Part shown: positions 20,558 through 32,146 of the stretch, piece by piece
Layout of the letters: every line of letters starts with the position of its first letter
Position numbering within the stretch: position 1 is the first letter of the stretch
Assembly (NCBI GenBank): GCA_010909165.1
Contig: MU008161.1
Coordinates: forward strand, 682,001 to 746,000
Length of the DNA: 64,000 nucleotides
Origin: Anthoceros angustus
Taxonomy: Eukaryota > Plantae > Anthocerotophyta
Direction: 5' to 3'
The notes under the pieces: model-generated
The model's database searches: none
The model's input: only the letters and a program-made list of their open reading frames with translations
Told to the model about the DNA's origin: nothing
Translations under genes and position numbers: made by a program

Positions 20558-21027
20558 GTTTGTGACTCTAAAATATAAACCTGGAAAAGAGAATAAGGGG
20601 GCCTAGTGCTGTGTCTGGTGCTGATTTATTACTTTGGTTTTACTTCTAACTGTATCATTTTCCCCACCCCGTTGAAAAAAGGGTGTTACTCTGTCTGTAT
20701 ATTGTATTGAGACAGTCACCTTGTATCGTCAACAAAATTAAAAGAAAAATTATATCATGAGAGATTTTATGTGATTATACCGCTCATAAATCATAGACCA
20801 AAAAATCGGGATTAATTGCAGCCTTCGACAGAGCGCGACCTTTTCCAAGGCTCCAACGTAGTCATTTACTACGACCACCTTATCTAAAAAATAAGAACAG
20901 TGCCAAATATAGGCACAGACAGAAAAGGAACTGCTGGATGCAGGTATGTGGAGTGTGTGGCTTCAACTCAGAGATTTAATCAGCCCACTCGTTGGTCCAG
21001 GCTTACACTTCAAGAAGTCCGATATAC

Positions 21028-24000
21028 TCACTTGGGCACCGCAGCCATGCCTTGAAGCTCGCTCAGACGCCTTTTAATGAGCAGCAGCTTTTCTTCTGCT
21101 TCGGTTGCCTTTTGTTGAAACCCCTCAACAACTGCTGCAGGGGCCTTCCGCATGAACTGAAGCGTCGCATTGATGGACGGTTACTCTTTGCACGCATAAA
21201 GAGCAGGCCTGACTCAAAGAACTGCAGGACCAACACACAAGAGCCTACCTCCGGAGATGAGAGCTTCTTCATGTTGCCATCATACTCAGTCTGCAACTTT
21301 GCTGCCTGTTTCGACAGTCTCTCAACCTCCTTCCGAATATCAATCATGTCTGCGAGAGGCAGATAAGCCTCCAAACCGTCTGCTACAACTAGATGCACTG
21401 CCATGGTTGTATCACCTGAAAAGGCAGAATCCTAGGCTTAAATTGTTGACTCCGACTGCTATACATAGAATTATATCAAGAGGGAATCAGAGACGAACTT
21501 GGATTCTGATGAGTGATTTGCAAACTCTCTGAATCCACTCTAGCCAGGGCAACCACCACAGCTTTCTCCTCCTGAGGCAGTACACTAGTCAGTGCATTAG
21601 CATAAAGCAAGCGAATCTTCCCAAAGCCATCATGACTGGATTGAAACCAGATGCAAGAAACAAACTCAAGAGGATTAGATAGTCAGCGTTTATACCTGAA
21701 TGCAATGCTGTAATTCATAGCCAGCCACAACAATGGCTGTAATGCGACGGGCAGGCTCCACGGAATATTCAGCTCTTGCATTTCGTATTGAGCGGATCTT
21801 CAAATTCACACACCACTTCCAACTTCAGCTCATTGAGCTTGAAAGGACAGCTCGTTGCACTTGAAAGGAACGGCCAAAAAAGATGAAGGTGAAGAAGATG
21901 TGATGCATTCAAGATTCAACTTAGACTTCTTGCTGAAGTAAAGAGAATCTCCCATTAGAAGATAACTCACTAGAGCTTGTAACTGTTCGAATTGTTTTAA
22001 GGCTTGCACATCTTTAGGAAGTTGTGTTCTGGGCCATGACGACACCATCAGAGCATCACCTTTGTGGGGGATTGCCTGCACGCAAGCACATCATCAAGGT
22101 TACCAAAGAGGTTGAAGGTCTTCAGGTTTCACATGACCTCCAAGAACGAAACGAACCTGCCAAAGCTCCTCTGTGACGAAGGGCACAAATGGGTGCAACA
22201 GCTTCAGAACATTTTCATAGACATACACCAGCACAGACTGTGCTTGCCTGACGGTTGCAATGTTATCATTTTTGTACAATCTAGTCTTGCTGGCTTCAAT
22301 ATACCTGTTGTGAGGCAGATCAACATCACAACCAGTCAACAATCACGTTCACAAAAGACTGTGTCAAACATGCTGTGCCGCTGCAAAGCAGCTGAGCATA
22401 AATAACGAACTTACCAGTCAGCAAAGTCAAACCAGAAGAAGTCATAAAGTGCTCTTCCTACTTCACCAAAATCGAATCTTTCATAGCTTGCAGTCACTGA
22501 GTCGATGACATTATGAAGCTTGGTCACCTGCAGTTGAACGAGGCGCACCAAGTTGCAAATGAACAACGGAGTGTGCATACATATTTCTTACACAAACAAA
22601 GAGGGAGAACATATTGTAAGCAATACCACCCAACGTTCACATAATGGTAGCTGTGCCAGTGCAGATTCTGTATCAAACTGCAAAACATTTCATCGAAGGA
22701 CCACAAATTCAGGCTTCTTGCATTAGATGCATACTCGCTATGACAATCTGGGAAACAACATATACAGCCAGGAGTACTCCATACATTGCAAAGAGGATTT
22801 ACCCGGGTGGATGCAAGAGCCGTCCAAACATTTGTGTCCGAGGAGTCAGGTAGATTTTGAAGAATAAATTTTCCAGCATTCCAGAGTTTGGTAGTGAATG
22901 ACCGATTAGCATTCAGCCTCTCCATCGATAGGTTGACATCCTGATAAGCCCAAGCATAGTCTTTAGTTGAAACAGACTGAGGAACAGAATTCTTGCACAT
23001 GAAGCAAGCAATGCATGCATGTTACAATGACTGCACCTGACCCGGAGTTGTGCCAGTTGCTAAAGTGAACCTCAATGCATCAGTACCATATTCTTTTATA
23101 GTCTCGAGGGGGTCAATGACATTCCCAAGTGTCTTTGACATCTTCCGACCCTGCGAAAACCAGAAGCAGTTTGTCAGTATGATAAAATGACTCCGAGCAA
23201 GTGAGTGGATGTTCACCACAAAATTCCTGATTATGACAAGGTTGCAAGAAATTGAGTCCACCTGGCCATCTCGAACAAGACCATGCAGATACACAGTTGA
23301 GAAGGGTGCTCTTCCAGTGAATTCAATGCCCATCATGACCATCCTTGCTACCCAGAAGAAGAGAATGTCATGCCTGCTCCAAGCTGAGTTAGCTATTAGA
23401 GGTGGGCAATTTGTATCAGCAAGTAATAACGTACTTCCATCCAGTGGACTCATCACAAGAACTGAGGAAAAGATACCCTGTTTCAAGCACTGCTGTAGGA
23501 TAAAAGCGCTGGTAGTCATCTGCTGAGATATCGGGCCACCCCAGGGTACTAAATGGCCAGAGGCCGCTGCATTGAAAACACACAAATATCTTAAGGTCTC
23601 ATGTGAATTCAAACAGAATGTCAATCCTTGAATACCAAACTGAATATCATGAACTCGTGCAGCACTCATAGTCGGTAATTGTATGTCAATCCTTGAATAC
23701 CAAACTGAATATAATGTACTCGTGCAGCACACATAATCAGTAATTGTATGTAAAACAGACAACAACCTTGACCGCTGCATTGAGAAAAACACACAAGCAT
23801 CTTTAAGATCTCAAGTGCATTACAAGCAGAATGTCAATTCTTGAATACCAAACTGTCAAGATAATGTACTTGTGCAGCACTCATCTCTTAATGTCAGTCA
23901 TGGTATGTAAAACCGACAACACAGAGAAATTACCTTGAGAACCATGTATCTAGAACATCTGGATCCTGCTCCAGTTGCACTTTGTCTCCATACTTAGCTT

Positions 24001-27000
24001 TAGCTTTAGCATACGCATCCGCCTCATTATATGCCACAACATAGGCATCTTCTTCTTGGCCCTGAACGTACCACACTGGGATACGATGGCCCCACCACAG
24101 CTGACGGCTGATGCACCAGTCCTTGATGTTGGTTAGCCAGTAGTCGTATATCTGCACACCCGATGTACATTGAGTAATGAAGGTAGGGCCCTTTATCATC
24201 CACTGCATGTTTCTTCAACTGCAAAACTACCCAAATTGGGTAGCTGGGGAGGAACAAAACCTTTTCAAATCTCTCTGGAATGATCCTTAATTCACCACTC
24301 TCAACTGCCTTCAGGGCTTTCTCAGCTAAAGGTTGCATGGTTACAAACCATTGCTTGCTAACAAGTGGCTCAATGACCTGTGGATACAATGTCAGATACG
24401 TCTTCCCCATTATTCTCAGCTCAATAACCACAAATACGCAACTCACCTCACCACCTCTTTGGGACCTAGGCACTCGCAGTGTATATGGCTCTGACTTGAT
24501 CACAAGTCCAGCAGCTTCCATATCTGCCCACAACTTCTTGCGAGCATCAAATCGATCAAGACCACTGCACACAAACTCCAAAACAGTGAATACAAGGGGA
24601 AACGGGTCCAAGACTTGGAGGGTTGTAGATCACGCAGCTCACAGCTCATAGGCGATGGAGACAATGCAGCACAGAAAGAGAGAAATTTCATACCAGTAGG
24701 TGCCTGCATTCTCATTCAGCGTTCCATCCTTGTTCAAGATGGTAATGATGGGAAGGCCAACTTTGTTGCCAATTGTGTAATCATTTGGGTCATGCCCAGG
24801 TGTAATTTTTAAGGCACCCGTGCCAAATTCCCTGTCCACATACTAAAAGTTGCAAACAGAGGAAAGTATGAAAACTTGAACGAACCCATGAAACCAACAA
24901 AAAGTCCTCAACAACATTTGTACGACCTACCTCATCAGCTATGACAGGGATCTCTCTACCACCACTCATTGGGACAACCGCCTTCATCCCCACATATTTT
25001 GCATATCTTTCGTCCTGATTGCATTCCAAGGGCATCCCAAAGAACAAAAAGTCAGAAACATTTACAACGCTTCAGCCCAGCTTGGTAGACATTCACCATA
25101 ACAATCCAAACAGCACCACTAGCACTCCATGGTTCATGACGTAGTCACGGTATGCTAATTAGCAACCATATCCCATCCTCATGGCATCCACCTTGTGGCT
25201 CTTACCTCTGGGTGAACTGCAACAGCTGTGTCTCCTAGCACAGTTTCAGGTCTAGTGGTAGCCACAGGCAAGTAATCATCCCTGTCATTGAAGAAAAATC
25301 AGAACTTGGTAGTCCGGGGAAGGAATCTATTCCTGCTACAATGGGAAGGAGAAGCAACTGAAATTCCATTCTAAAGGCATAGAAAGCTCATTACACAGTG
25401 CCGCCTGCGATTGGATATTTGAAGAAATAAAGTCTACCAGGCTCCTCAGTGTACTCAACTTCCTACAAATGGTAAACACAGCTAGCTCAAGAGGAGGAAA
25501 TACTTTGAGCAATGTGAAACATAGTGCACATAGGTACATCTTTTTGAAAGAATCCGAGTACCAGATCAGACACGGCAGTCTGCAGATTTGGAGACCAGTT
25601 CACCATGTAGCTTCCTGAAGGTTCAGAAATTGAAAGAAACATCCATCATGCAAACCGTCTGCTCATACCTGCAACAAAGGAGTGCAGGGGAGGATAAAAA
25701 TTTACCCCGGTAAATAAGACCGTTCTCATGCAGTCGAACAAAAGCTTCAATCACTGCACCTGCCAAGGTGAAGAAGCAATGTTAACAAACCATCCTCGTC
25801 CAGGCTACGCACGGCCCAGGGAGCCAAAGTCAGACTGCAAGACATAAGATGCAGCGGTGACACTACATCAGTCCACGTCACAAGCAAAAAATAGTATGAG
25901 ACTTACGACTTAACTGATCATCAAGTGTGAAGCGTGTACGGCTCCAATCACAAGATGCACCTAACCTCCGAAGTTGGTTTGTTATGGCTCCACCATACCT
26001 AAAACACACCTCGTCAGCACATATTCCTACTCCAAAGGTACTGCACGCCAGAGACAACACTCAGCTTCATGGCATGCTTTAGTGGACTGAATAGTAAGGA
26101 CATACTTCTCTTTCACCTCCCATACTTTCTCAACAAACTCCTCTCGGCCAAGGTCTGTTCTCTTTACACCCTGAGAAGCTAGTAATTTCTCGACAACCAA
26201 CTGGCAATCCCCGCAAAGACCATGACTGATTAGGCATGGCAGAAGATTTGGTTCAAGGAGCAGAACGTGAGCAAGAGCTGGTTACACACACATACCTGTG
26301 TAGCAATTCCTGCATGATCAGTGCCTGGCAACCACAAAGTGGGCCGGCCTTTCATGCGCCAATAGCGAGCCATTATGTCCTGCAAAGGACACACGGGCTT
26401 AAACTCTCCATGGGGTGTGAAACTTGCCACCAGGCAGAATTGAGAGTACCTGCAGAGTGACAAACATGGCATGACCCATGTGAAGAGCACCGGTCACATT
26501 GGGAGGTGGCATGGACATCACAAATGGCTCCTTGTCTGTCTCCGAGTTTGGCTTGAAGTAGCCTTGGGATTCCCACCTGCATCAGAGATTTGACATCCGG
26601 TATACAGTCAAGTGATCTCGGAGACCCACAAAACGGACACTGACTCTAGTGAGCTCCAGATGCTGTACGAAAGGAGACCCATGCTAACTACCAAACATAG
26701 AGGCGCTCCTCGACTGCAAAATCGAAATTCTTGGGAAGCTCCACTGCTGGCAGAGCTTCACAGGATGGCCCCACTGCAACGAATTCCAATAGATTGGTCA
26801 GAGACATCCCCGAATCCGAAGACCGACTCAGAACAACAACCTGGCTCCAATTCAACCAGCATGACAGGCACAATGATGAATGATATACATCCACACTGCA
26901 GCAAAAACTGGTCTGAGCGCAAACCAAGGAGAATCCAGCCGAGGATCACCTCCGGCACGGGGCCTGGCACTAGAAGCCCAAGAATTGTGGCGGACCTGTC

Positions 27001-27271
27001 CCCCATTCTGACCAGCCCCGACTCCAGCCCTTCCCCGCCAGAATAATGCAACCGCTTCCGGAAAAGGGGAGCAGTGAAAGAGCGGGCAGGGCATGGACAG
27101 TCGTCCCCATTGTGTGGACGAAGAACCAGCTCGTCGACGGCGATACAGACCAACGTTGCGCTGCAGCGAGCAGCAGGGCGAGGTAGACGACGAAGCGGCC
27201 AACGAGAAGGAGCGAGTCAGCCGAGAATGCATGGCTGAAGATTGCGGGGCTCCTGCCATCTTCATCTGCAT
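21028..27271 (-). CDS. ValRS: Organellar (plastid/mitochondrial) valyl-tRNA synthetase, many exons
   Basis: [83 protein letters not shown]. Transit-like N-terminus. Confidence 0.95.
23563..23925. repeat. Internal duplications within a ValRS intron
   Basis: Three copies of ATGTCAAT(C/T)CTTGAATACCAAACTG...GTGCAGCAC and two copies of CCGCTGCATTGA...AAACACACAA. Confidence 0.85.
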
Positions 27272-27505
27272 TCGCACCGCCCAGCGCCTGCCACTTTCGG
27301 CTCAGCTTGGGCTCGGCTTCGCACGATCACGTCTTCCAACGACCGGATCACAGTATGGACAATCTACTGTATGAACATTAACCGATCTCCAAAATTTTGT
27401 TTTGAAAAATTTACTCATTTGGCATTGAAGGAGGGGAACAGAGTAGGAGGCAGGCGAGGCGATGAGCATTGACGAGACTCGACCAGGGACTATGGACAAT
27501 GGACA

Positions 27506-30445
27506 ATGGACTATGGACGCTACCCAGCCTGCGCACTGGAGCTGAGTGTTTGGTTTTCTGCGATTCATTGTTGCTTGGTGCGTTGCATTTCAGTCACACA
27601 GAGGGCGACAGGGACTCTTGTAGCAACAGCGTTTGTGGACCAGCCCACAACTGGCCACTTGAGGGGCTGCAGCCTTGGAACGACCTCAGCTGGTCCAAAG
27701 GAGTGTGTGGCTCGTGGGGTCAGGCCCCAGGAGCTCTTGGGGAGACATTTTTTCCTCAGGCTGAAGGAATTCTGGAGGCCAGTCGGGGTCAATGGGCAGC
27801 TGGCTGTTGTGGATACGCAGAGGGGTGGTGGTGCTCATGGCTCGAACTGGAGTGTGCCGGCTGATCGTGCCCCTCGCAGGCCTGCAGGATATGGAAGGGA
27901 CGTAACAGGCGAAACCGTGAGCGAACTATGCCAGCAGGGGCAGGTCGGTGAGGCTGTTGAAGCTCTGGGAGTTCTGGTGCAGATGGACAGTCGTTTTTCC
28001 AAGAATTTGTTTTACACTCTGCTCAAGAAATGTAGGGCACAGTGCCATCTGGTTCTGGGTCGCCGTGTCCATGCTCTCGCTTTGAGAATGGGGTATGAGT
28101 CCGACGTGTTCTTGTGCAACCACGTCATTCGAATGTATGCTTCTCATGCCAGGTTGCAAGAAGCGAAGGATGTGTTTACCGGGGTTTTCGAACCAGATGT
28201 CTTCATGTGGTCTTCCATAATCTCTGCACATGTTAACCACGGACAAGCTAAGCAGGCCATACAATTGTATCATCTGATGCGTAGATCAGGTGTGAAGCCG
28301 GATGGCCATGTCTTTGTGGCAGCCCTTCAGGCTTGTGCAAGGGGAGGAGACTTGAAAACTGGGCAGCAGGTGCACGCTGATGTCTTGGCCAGTGGCACGG
28401 AGCCTCATTTGTTTGTATGGAATTGCTTGGTAGACATGTATGCACGGTGTGGTAGCTTGGACGAAGCTGAAACAGTGTTTGACAGTCTTAGTGAAAAGGA
28501 TGTGGTGACGTGGAATGCTATGATATCAGGGTATTCTCAGCAGGGCATGGGGCAGCAAGCCCTTCGCCTGTATACTGCTATGCAAGGAGAAGGCCTGGTT
28601 TCACCTGATTCTGTGACGTTTTTGTGCCTCCTGCAGGCCTGTGCCAATATAGGAGCCCCTGCTTTGGAGAAGGGCAAGCAGGTTCATGGACAGATTAGAG
28701 AACGAGGACATGAAGCTAATGTGTTTATAGCCAATAGTCTGGTGAACATGTACGCAAAATGTGGCAGCATGGAAGACGCACAGAGTGTGTTCGATGGACT
28801 CGGCCAAAAGGATGTTGTGACGTGGACATCTTTGATAGGGGGATATTCTCAGAAGGGCCTGGGTCAAGAAGCTCTTTGTCTTTACAGTGCTATGGAAAAA
28901 GATGGCATTGCCGTACCCGATTCTGTGACATTTGTATCTCTCTTGCAGGCATGTGCAAGTGTGGGCACCGCGGCTTTGGAAAGGGGGAAACAGCTGCATG
29001 CACAGATTGGAGAAGAAGGACTTCAGGTAGATGTTGTGTTAGGCTGCAGCTTGGTGAACATGTATGCAAAGTGTGGCAGCTTGGAAGACGCTCAAAGAGT
29101 GTTTGACGGTCTTGGTCAAAAAAACCTGGTGACGTTGAATGCTATGATTGCAGGATATGCAAAGTGCGGCAGCTTGGACGAAGCCCAAAGGATGTTCGAC
29201 AAGCTTGCTCATAAAGATGTCATGACTTGGAATGCCATGATTGCAGGATATTCTCAGCAGGGCCTTGGCCAGGAGGCGCTTCGTCTTTACACGGCTATGC
29301 AAGACGAAGGTATTGTTGCACCTGATTCTGTAACATTTCTGTGCGCCCTGCAGGCATGTGCAAGTACAGGCACCCCGGCTCTCGAGAAGGGAAAGGAGCT
29401 CCACGCACAAATCAGGGTACGAGGGCTTCAAGCTGACCTGTTTGTAGCCAGCAGTTTGGTCAACATGTACGCCAAGTGTGGCAGCCTAGAGGATGCTGAG
29501 GGATTGTTTTACGGACTTGGTCAGAAGAATGTGGTGACATGGAGTGCCATGATAGCAGGATATTCCCAACAGGGCATGAGCCATGAAGCCCTTCATGTGT
29601 ACAGGGCTATGCAAGAAGAGGGCATTGTTGCACCGGATGCCGCAACATTTGTGAGCCTCCTACAGGCATGTGGAGATGTAGCAGCTTTGCATCTGGGAAG
29701 GCAGCTTCATGCCCAGCTAGAAGAACAGGGGCTCCAAGCCGATGTGCTCGTAGCCATCAGTTTGATCAGCATGTATGGAAAGTCCGGGAGCATGGTGGAC
29801 GCGCAGCAGGTGTTTGATGCATTACCCGAACGAGACGCTGTTGCCTGGAATGCACTGATTGCTGGCTACACCCGGCAAGGAGACAGTGAAGTAGTCTTCA
29901 ACTCGTTCAACAGAATGCGAGAGGATGGCATACAGCCAACCGGCGTCACATTCCTTAGCTTGCTTACAGTATGCAGCCATGCAGGTCTGGTGAAGAGGGG
30001 GCAAGAATACTTCGACGCTATGCGCGAGCAGTACGGCATCCCTCCCACGGTGGAGCACTACGCATGCATGGTGGATCTCCTGGGCCGTGCAGGCAAACTG
30101 CACGAGGCACTAGTTGTGGTAAGGACAATGCCTCTATTGCCATCTGCTGCAGTCTGGCACACTCTATTGGGTGCTTGTCAAAAGTGGGGCAACGTAGAGG
30201 TTGGACGGCATGCTTTCCATGAAGCAGTGAAGTTAGACGAAAAACATGCCGCAGCATATGTGACCATGTCTAACATATACAATAGCGCCCAGATGTGGGA
30301 GCAGGCAGAGCATATGCAGACACGGAGAGTAGGAATCGGGGCATGGAAGCATCCGGGCCAGAGCCGGTGGACAGACATGGACGGACTGGTGCATAGCTTC
30401 TCGGTTGGGGATGCGAATGGTGCGTGTATCGAGTTTGATGTCTGA
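27506..30445 (+). CDS. PLS-class PPR protein (PPR2) with E1/E2 and WW-type box, truncated early in E+
   Basis: 979-codon intronless ORF with P-L-S triplets, ending WKHPGQSRWTD...HSFSVGDANGACIEFDV*. Confidence 0.93.
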   Translation: MDYGRYPACALELSVWFSAIHCCLVRCISVTQRATGTLVATAFVDQPTTGHLRGCSLGTTSAGPKECVARGVRPQELLGRHFFLRLKEFWRPVGVNGQLAVVDTQRGGGAHGSNWSVPADRAPRRPAGYGRDVTGETVSELCQQGQVGEAVEALGVLVQMDSRFSKNLFYTLLKKCRAQCHLVLGRRVHALALRMGYESDVFLCNHVIRMYASHARLQEAKDVFTGVFEPDVFMWSSIISAHVNHGQAKQAIQLYHLMRRSGVKPDGHVFVAALQACARGGDLKTGQQVHADVLASGTEPHLFVWNCLVDMYARCGSLDEAETVFDSLSEKDVVTWNAMISGYSQQGMGQQALRLYTAMQGEGLVSPDSVTFLCLLQACANIGAPALEKGKQVHGQIRERGHEANVFIANSLVNMYAKCGSMEDAQSVFDGLGQKDVVTWTSLIGGYSQKGLGQEALCLYSAMEKDGIAVPDSVTFVSLLQACASVGTAALERGKQLHAQIGEEGLQVDVVLGCSLVNMYAKCGSLEDAQRVFDGLGQKNLVTLNAMIAGYAKCGSLDEAQRMFDKLAHKDVMTWNAMIAGYSQQGLGQEALRLYTAMQDEGIVAPDSVTFLCALQACASTGTPALEKGKELHAQIRVRGLQADLFVASSLVNMYAKCGSLEDAEGLFYGLGQKNVVTWSAMIAGYSQQGMSHEALHVYRAMQEEGIVAPDAATFVSLLQACGDVAALHLGRQLHAQLEEQGLQADVLVAISLISMYGKSGSMVDAQQVFDALPERDAVAWNALIAGYTRQGDSEVVFNSFNRMREDGIQPTGVTFLSLLTVCSHAGLVKRGQEYFDAMREQYGIPPTVEHYACMVDLLGRAGKLHEALVVVRTMPLLPSAAVWHTLLGACQKWGNVEVGRHAFHEAVKLDEKHAAAYVTMSNIYNSAQMWEQAEHMQTRRVGIGAWKHPGQSRWTDMDGLVHSFSVGDANGACIEFDV

Positions 30446-30487
30446 CTTCTGATAATAAATTATTCTGGCGGATTTGCAGTGGAATTT

Positions 30488-30559
30488 GGTTCCATAGTCT
30501 AGTGGTTAGGACACTGGACTCTGAATCCAGTAGCCCGAGTTCAAATCTCGGTGGAACCT
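30488..30559 (+). tRNA. tRNA-Gln(CTG)
   Basis: GGTTCCA...TGGAACCT, 72 nt; anticodon arm CTGGA-CT-CTG-AA-TCCAG. Confidence 0.95.
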
Positions 30560-30814
30560 AGGGAGAGTAGGATCTCAGGCCGACGGCTTTTGATCCAGCT
30601 TAGGGGTTGCCCATTTCTAATGTCTCTCGTTAGCTCAGGGTTCACCCATTTCTGCCGCTCAATCTCCGGACTCCGGACTGCCTCGCCCTCTATCAACAAA
30701 TAAAGGGGTTCCATTTTGCATCCATGTGGTATGTGTGTCTAGTGTGTTGCCTCGTAGAACCTGCGAGCCTATAAAGCCTTTACCAGGAGGCGAGCCCTGT
30801 CGATCGAGACAGCG

Positions 30815-31552
30815 ATGGCGTCAGCGCTCTCGCAGGCATGTGCAGCGCCAGGAGTGGCTACAGTGCGGCCAGCGGGCACCATCTCCCAGGACCGCGGCGC
30901 GGTTTGCAGGGTGGCGCTCGCGCCCGCGGGTCTGATCGGCGCGCGGCTGGGGTCGCCCTCCTCGAGCGTGAGGTTCCCGTCCACCAGGGCTGGGCGAGCA
31001 GGAAGGCCGACATCAGGAATTCGGGCTTTGGCTGTAGGATTCCACCAGGATGGCGCCGCTCCGTCCAATCCGTCCAAGTGCAAGGAGCAGACGGGAGTAG
31101 CCCTGGTCTATGTTGCGGTTAGAGCGGTGGTGCAGAGAGCCGCGGAGGTTTTGAGGCATTTTTTGCTGACAACGCAGCTGCCCAGGCCCAGGAACGCGGA
31201 GGAGGCGGCTGTCGTGGCCTCGCTCAAGGGGAGTTTGTTGCTGGCAGCTGGGCCTCTATTCTTCGCGTCTCAGTCCGTGAGCACGCCCGTCACCGTGGTT
31301 GCTTCCGGGATGGCCAAGTGGCTCGAGCTCTACAGCGGGGTGCTTATGATCAGGGTTTTGCTCAGTTGGTTCCCCAACATTCCTTGGGAGCGGCAGCCGT
31401 TGCAGGCCATGAGGGACATGTGCGACCCTTACTTGAATCTCTTCAGGAACATCATCCCGCCTGTTTTTAATGCGCTGGATTTGTCTCCGATGCTGGCCTT
31501 CTTGGTCCTGGGCACGCTGACATCCATCTTGAATACCACTGTGCAAGGCTGA
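30815..31552 (+). CDS. YLMG1: YGGT-family plastid membrane protein
   Basis: YSGVLMIRVLLSWFPNIPWERQPL...CDPYLNLFRNIIPP...LDLSPMLAF; transit-like N-terminus. Confidence 0.9.
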   Translation: MASALSQACAAPGVATVRPAGTISQDRGAVCRVALAPAGLIGARLGSPSSSVRFPSTRAGRAGRPTSGIRALAVGFHQDGAAPSNPSKCKEQTGVALVYVAVRAVVQRAAEVLRHFLLTTQLPRPRNAEEAAVVASLKGSLLLAAGPLFFASQSVSTPVTVVASGMAKWLELYSGVLMIRVLLSWFPNIPWERQPLQAMRDMCDPYLNLFRNIIPPVFNALDLSPMLAFLVLGTLTSILNTTVQG

Positions 31553-32100
31553 GCCCTCTACGCCTTAAACGCCTTCCTTGCTAGATGACTCTCCCGGAGA
31601 GCATGTCCATCACTGACTTTGCAGGTAGTAGGCCAGTAGGCAGGTTTCACCCGATGGCATCGTAATCTGTAGTTTTTTGTCGAGAGGCCTGACGATGATG
31701 AGTCCTTAGTGTATGAGCTTCTTAGCAGGGCATGTATCTTTTGCGAAGGTAGGTTGTGGAGACGACGTTTTGGTTGAGTGGTTCGTTCCCTGCGCAGGTT
31801 GGTTTCCTTACCAGCTTGTAAACTGGATTCTAGAGTGTCAAAATTGTGGCATAATTTGAACCATTTCGACCCAACGATGCCTTTAAGTGCATATGGGAGA
31901 TGGTGATGGTTTGGCGAATTTGATATGTTTTTGTTGTTGTCATCTGGAAATGTCAAACCATAGCCATTTATTCATTTAGCCTTTTCCAACTGTTCCAGCA
32001 AACTTCGATTGCACATGGTACAATCTAGGGAGGGGGTCGGCACGCCCATACTTACTACCCAGTTCCATGCAATTTATTGTTCGGAGATCTAAGCATATAT

Positions 32101-32146
32101 CAAGCCTAATTGTAAAAGATCTAGAGATCTTTTACAACTAGGCTTG
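32101..32146. repeat. 46-bp near-perfect palindrome
   Basis: CAAGCCTAATTGTAAAAGATCT-AG-AGATCTTTTACAACTAGGCTTG: 22-bp arms with 1 mismatch. Confidence 0.9.

Larger units (their letters stand above)
17875..20690 (+). mobile_element. Defective Ty3/gypsy LTR retrotransposon, Galadriel-like chromovirus
   Basis: Putative 5' LTR (TATAAAA near 18015, AATAAA near 18288, ending GGGGTGTTAC near 18440), then gag, protease, an inverted integrase fragment, and a partial 3' LTR at about 20600-20690 matching 18352-18441. The 5' boundary is uncertain and no TSD was found. Confidence 0.85.
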
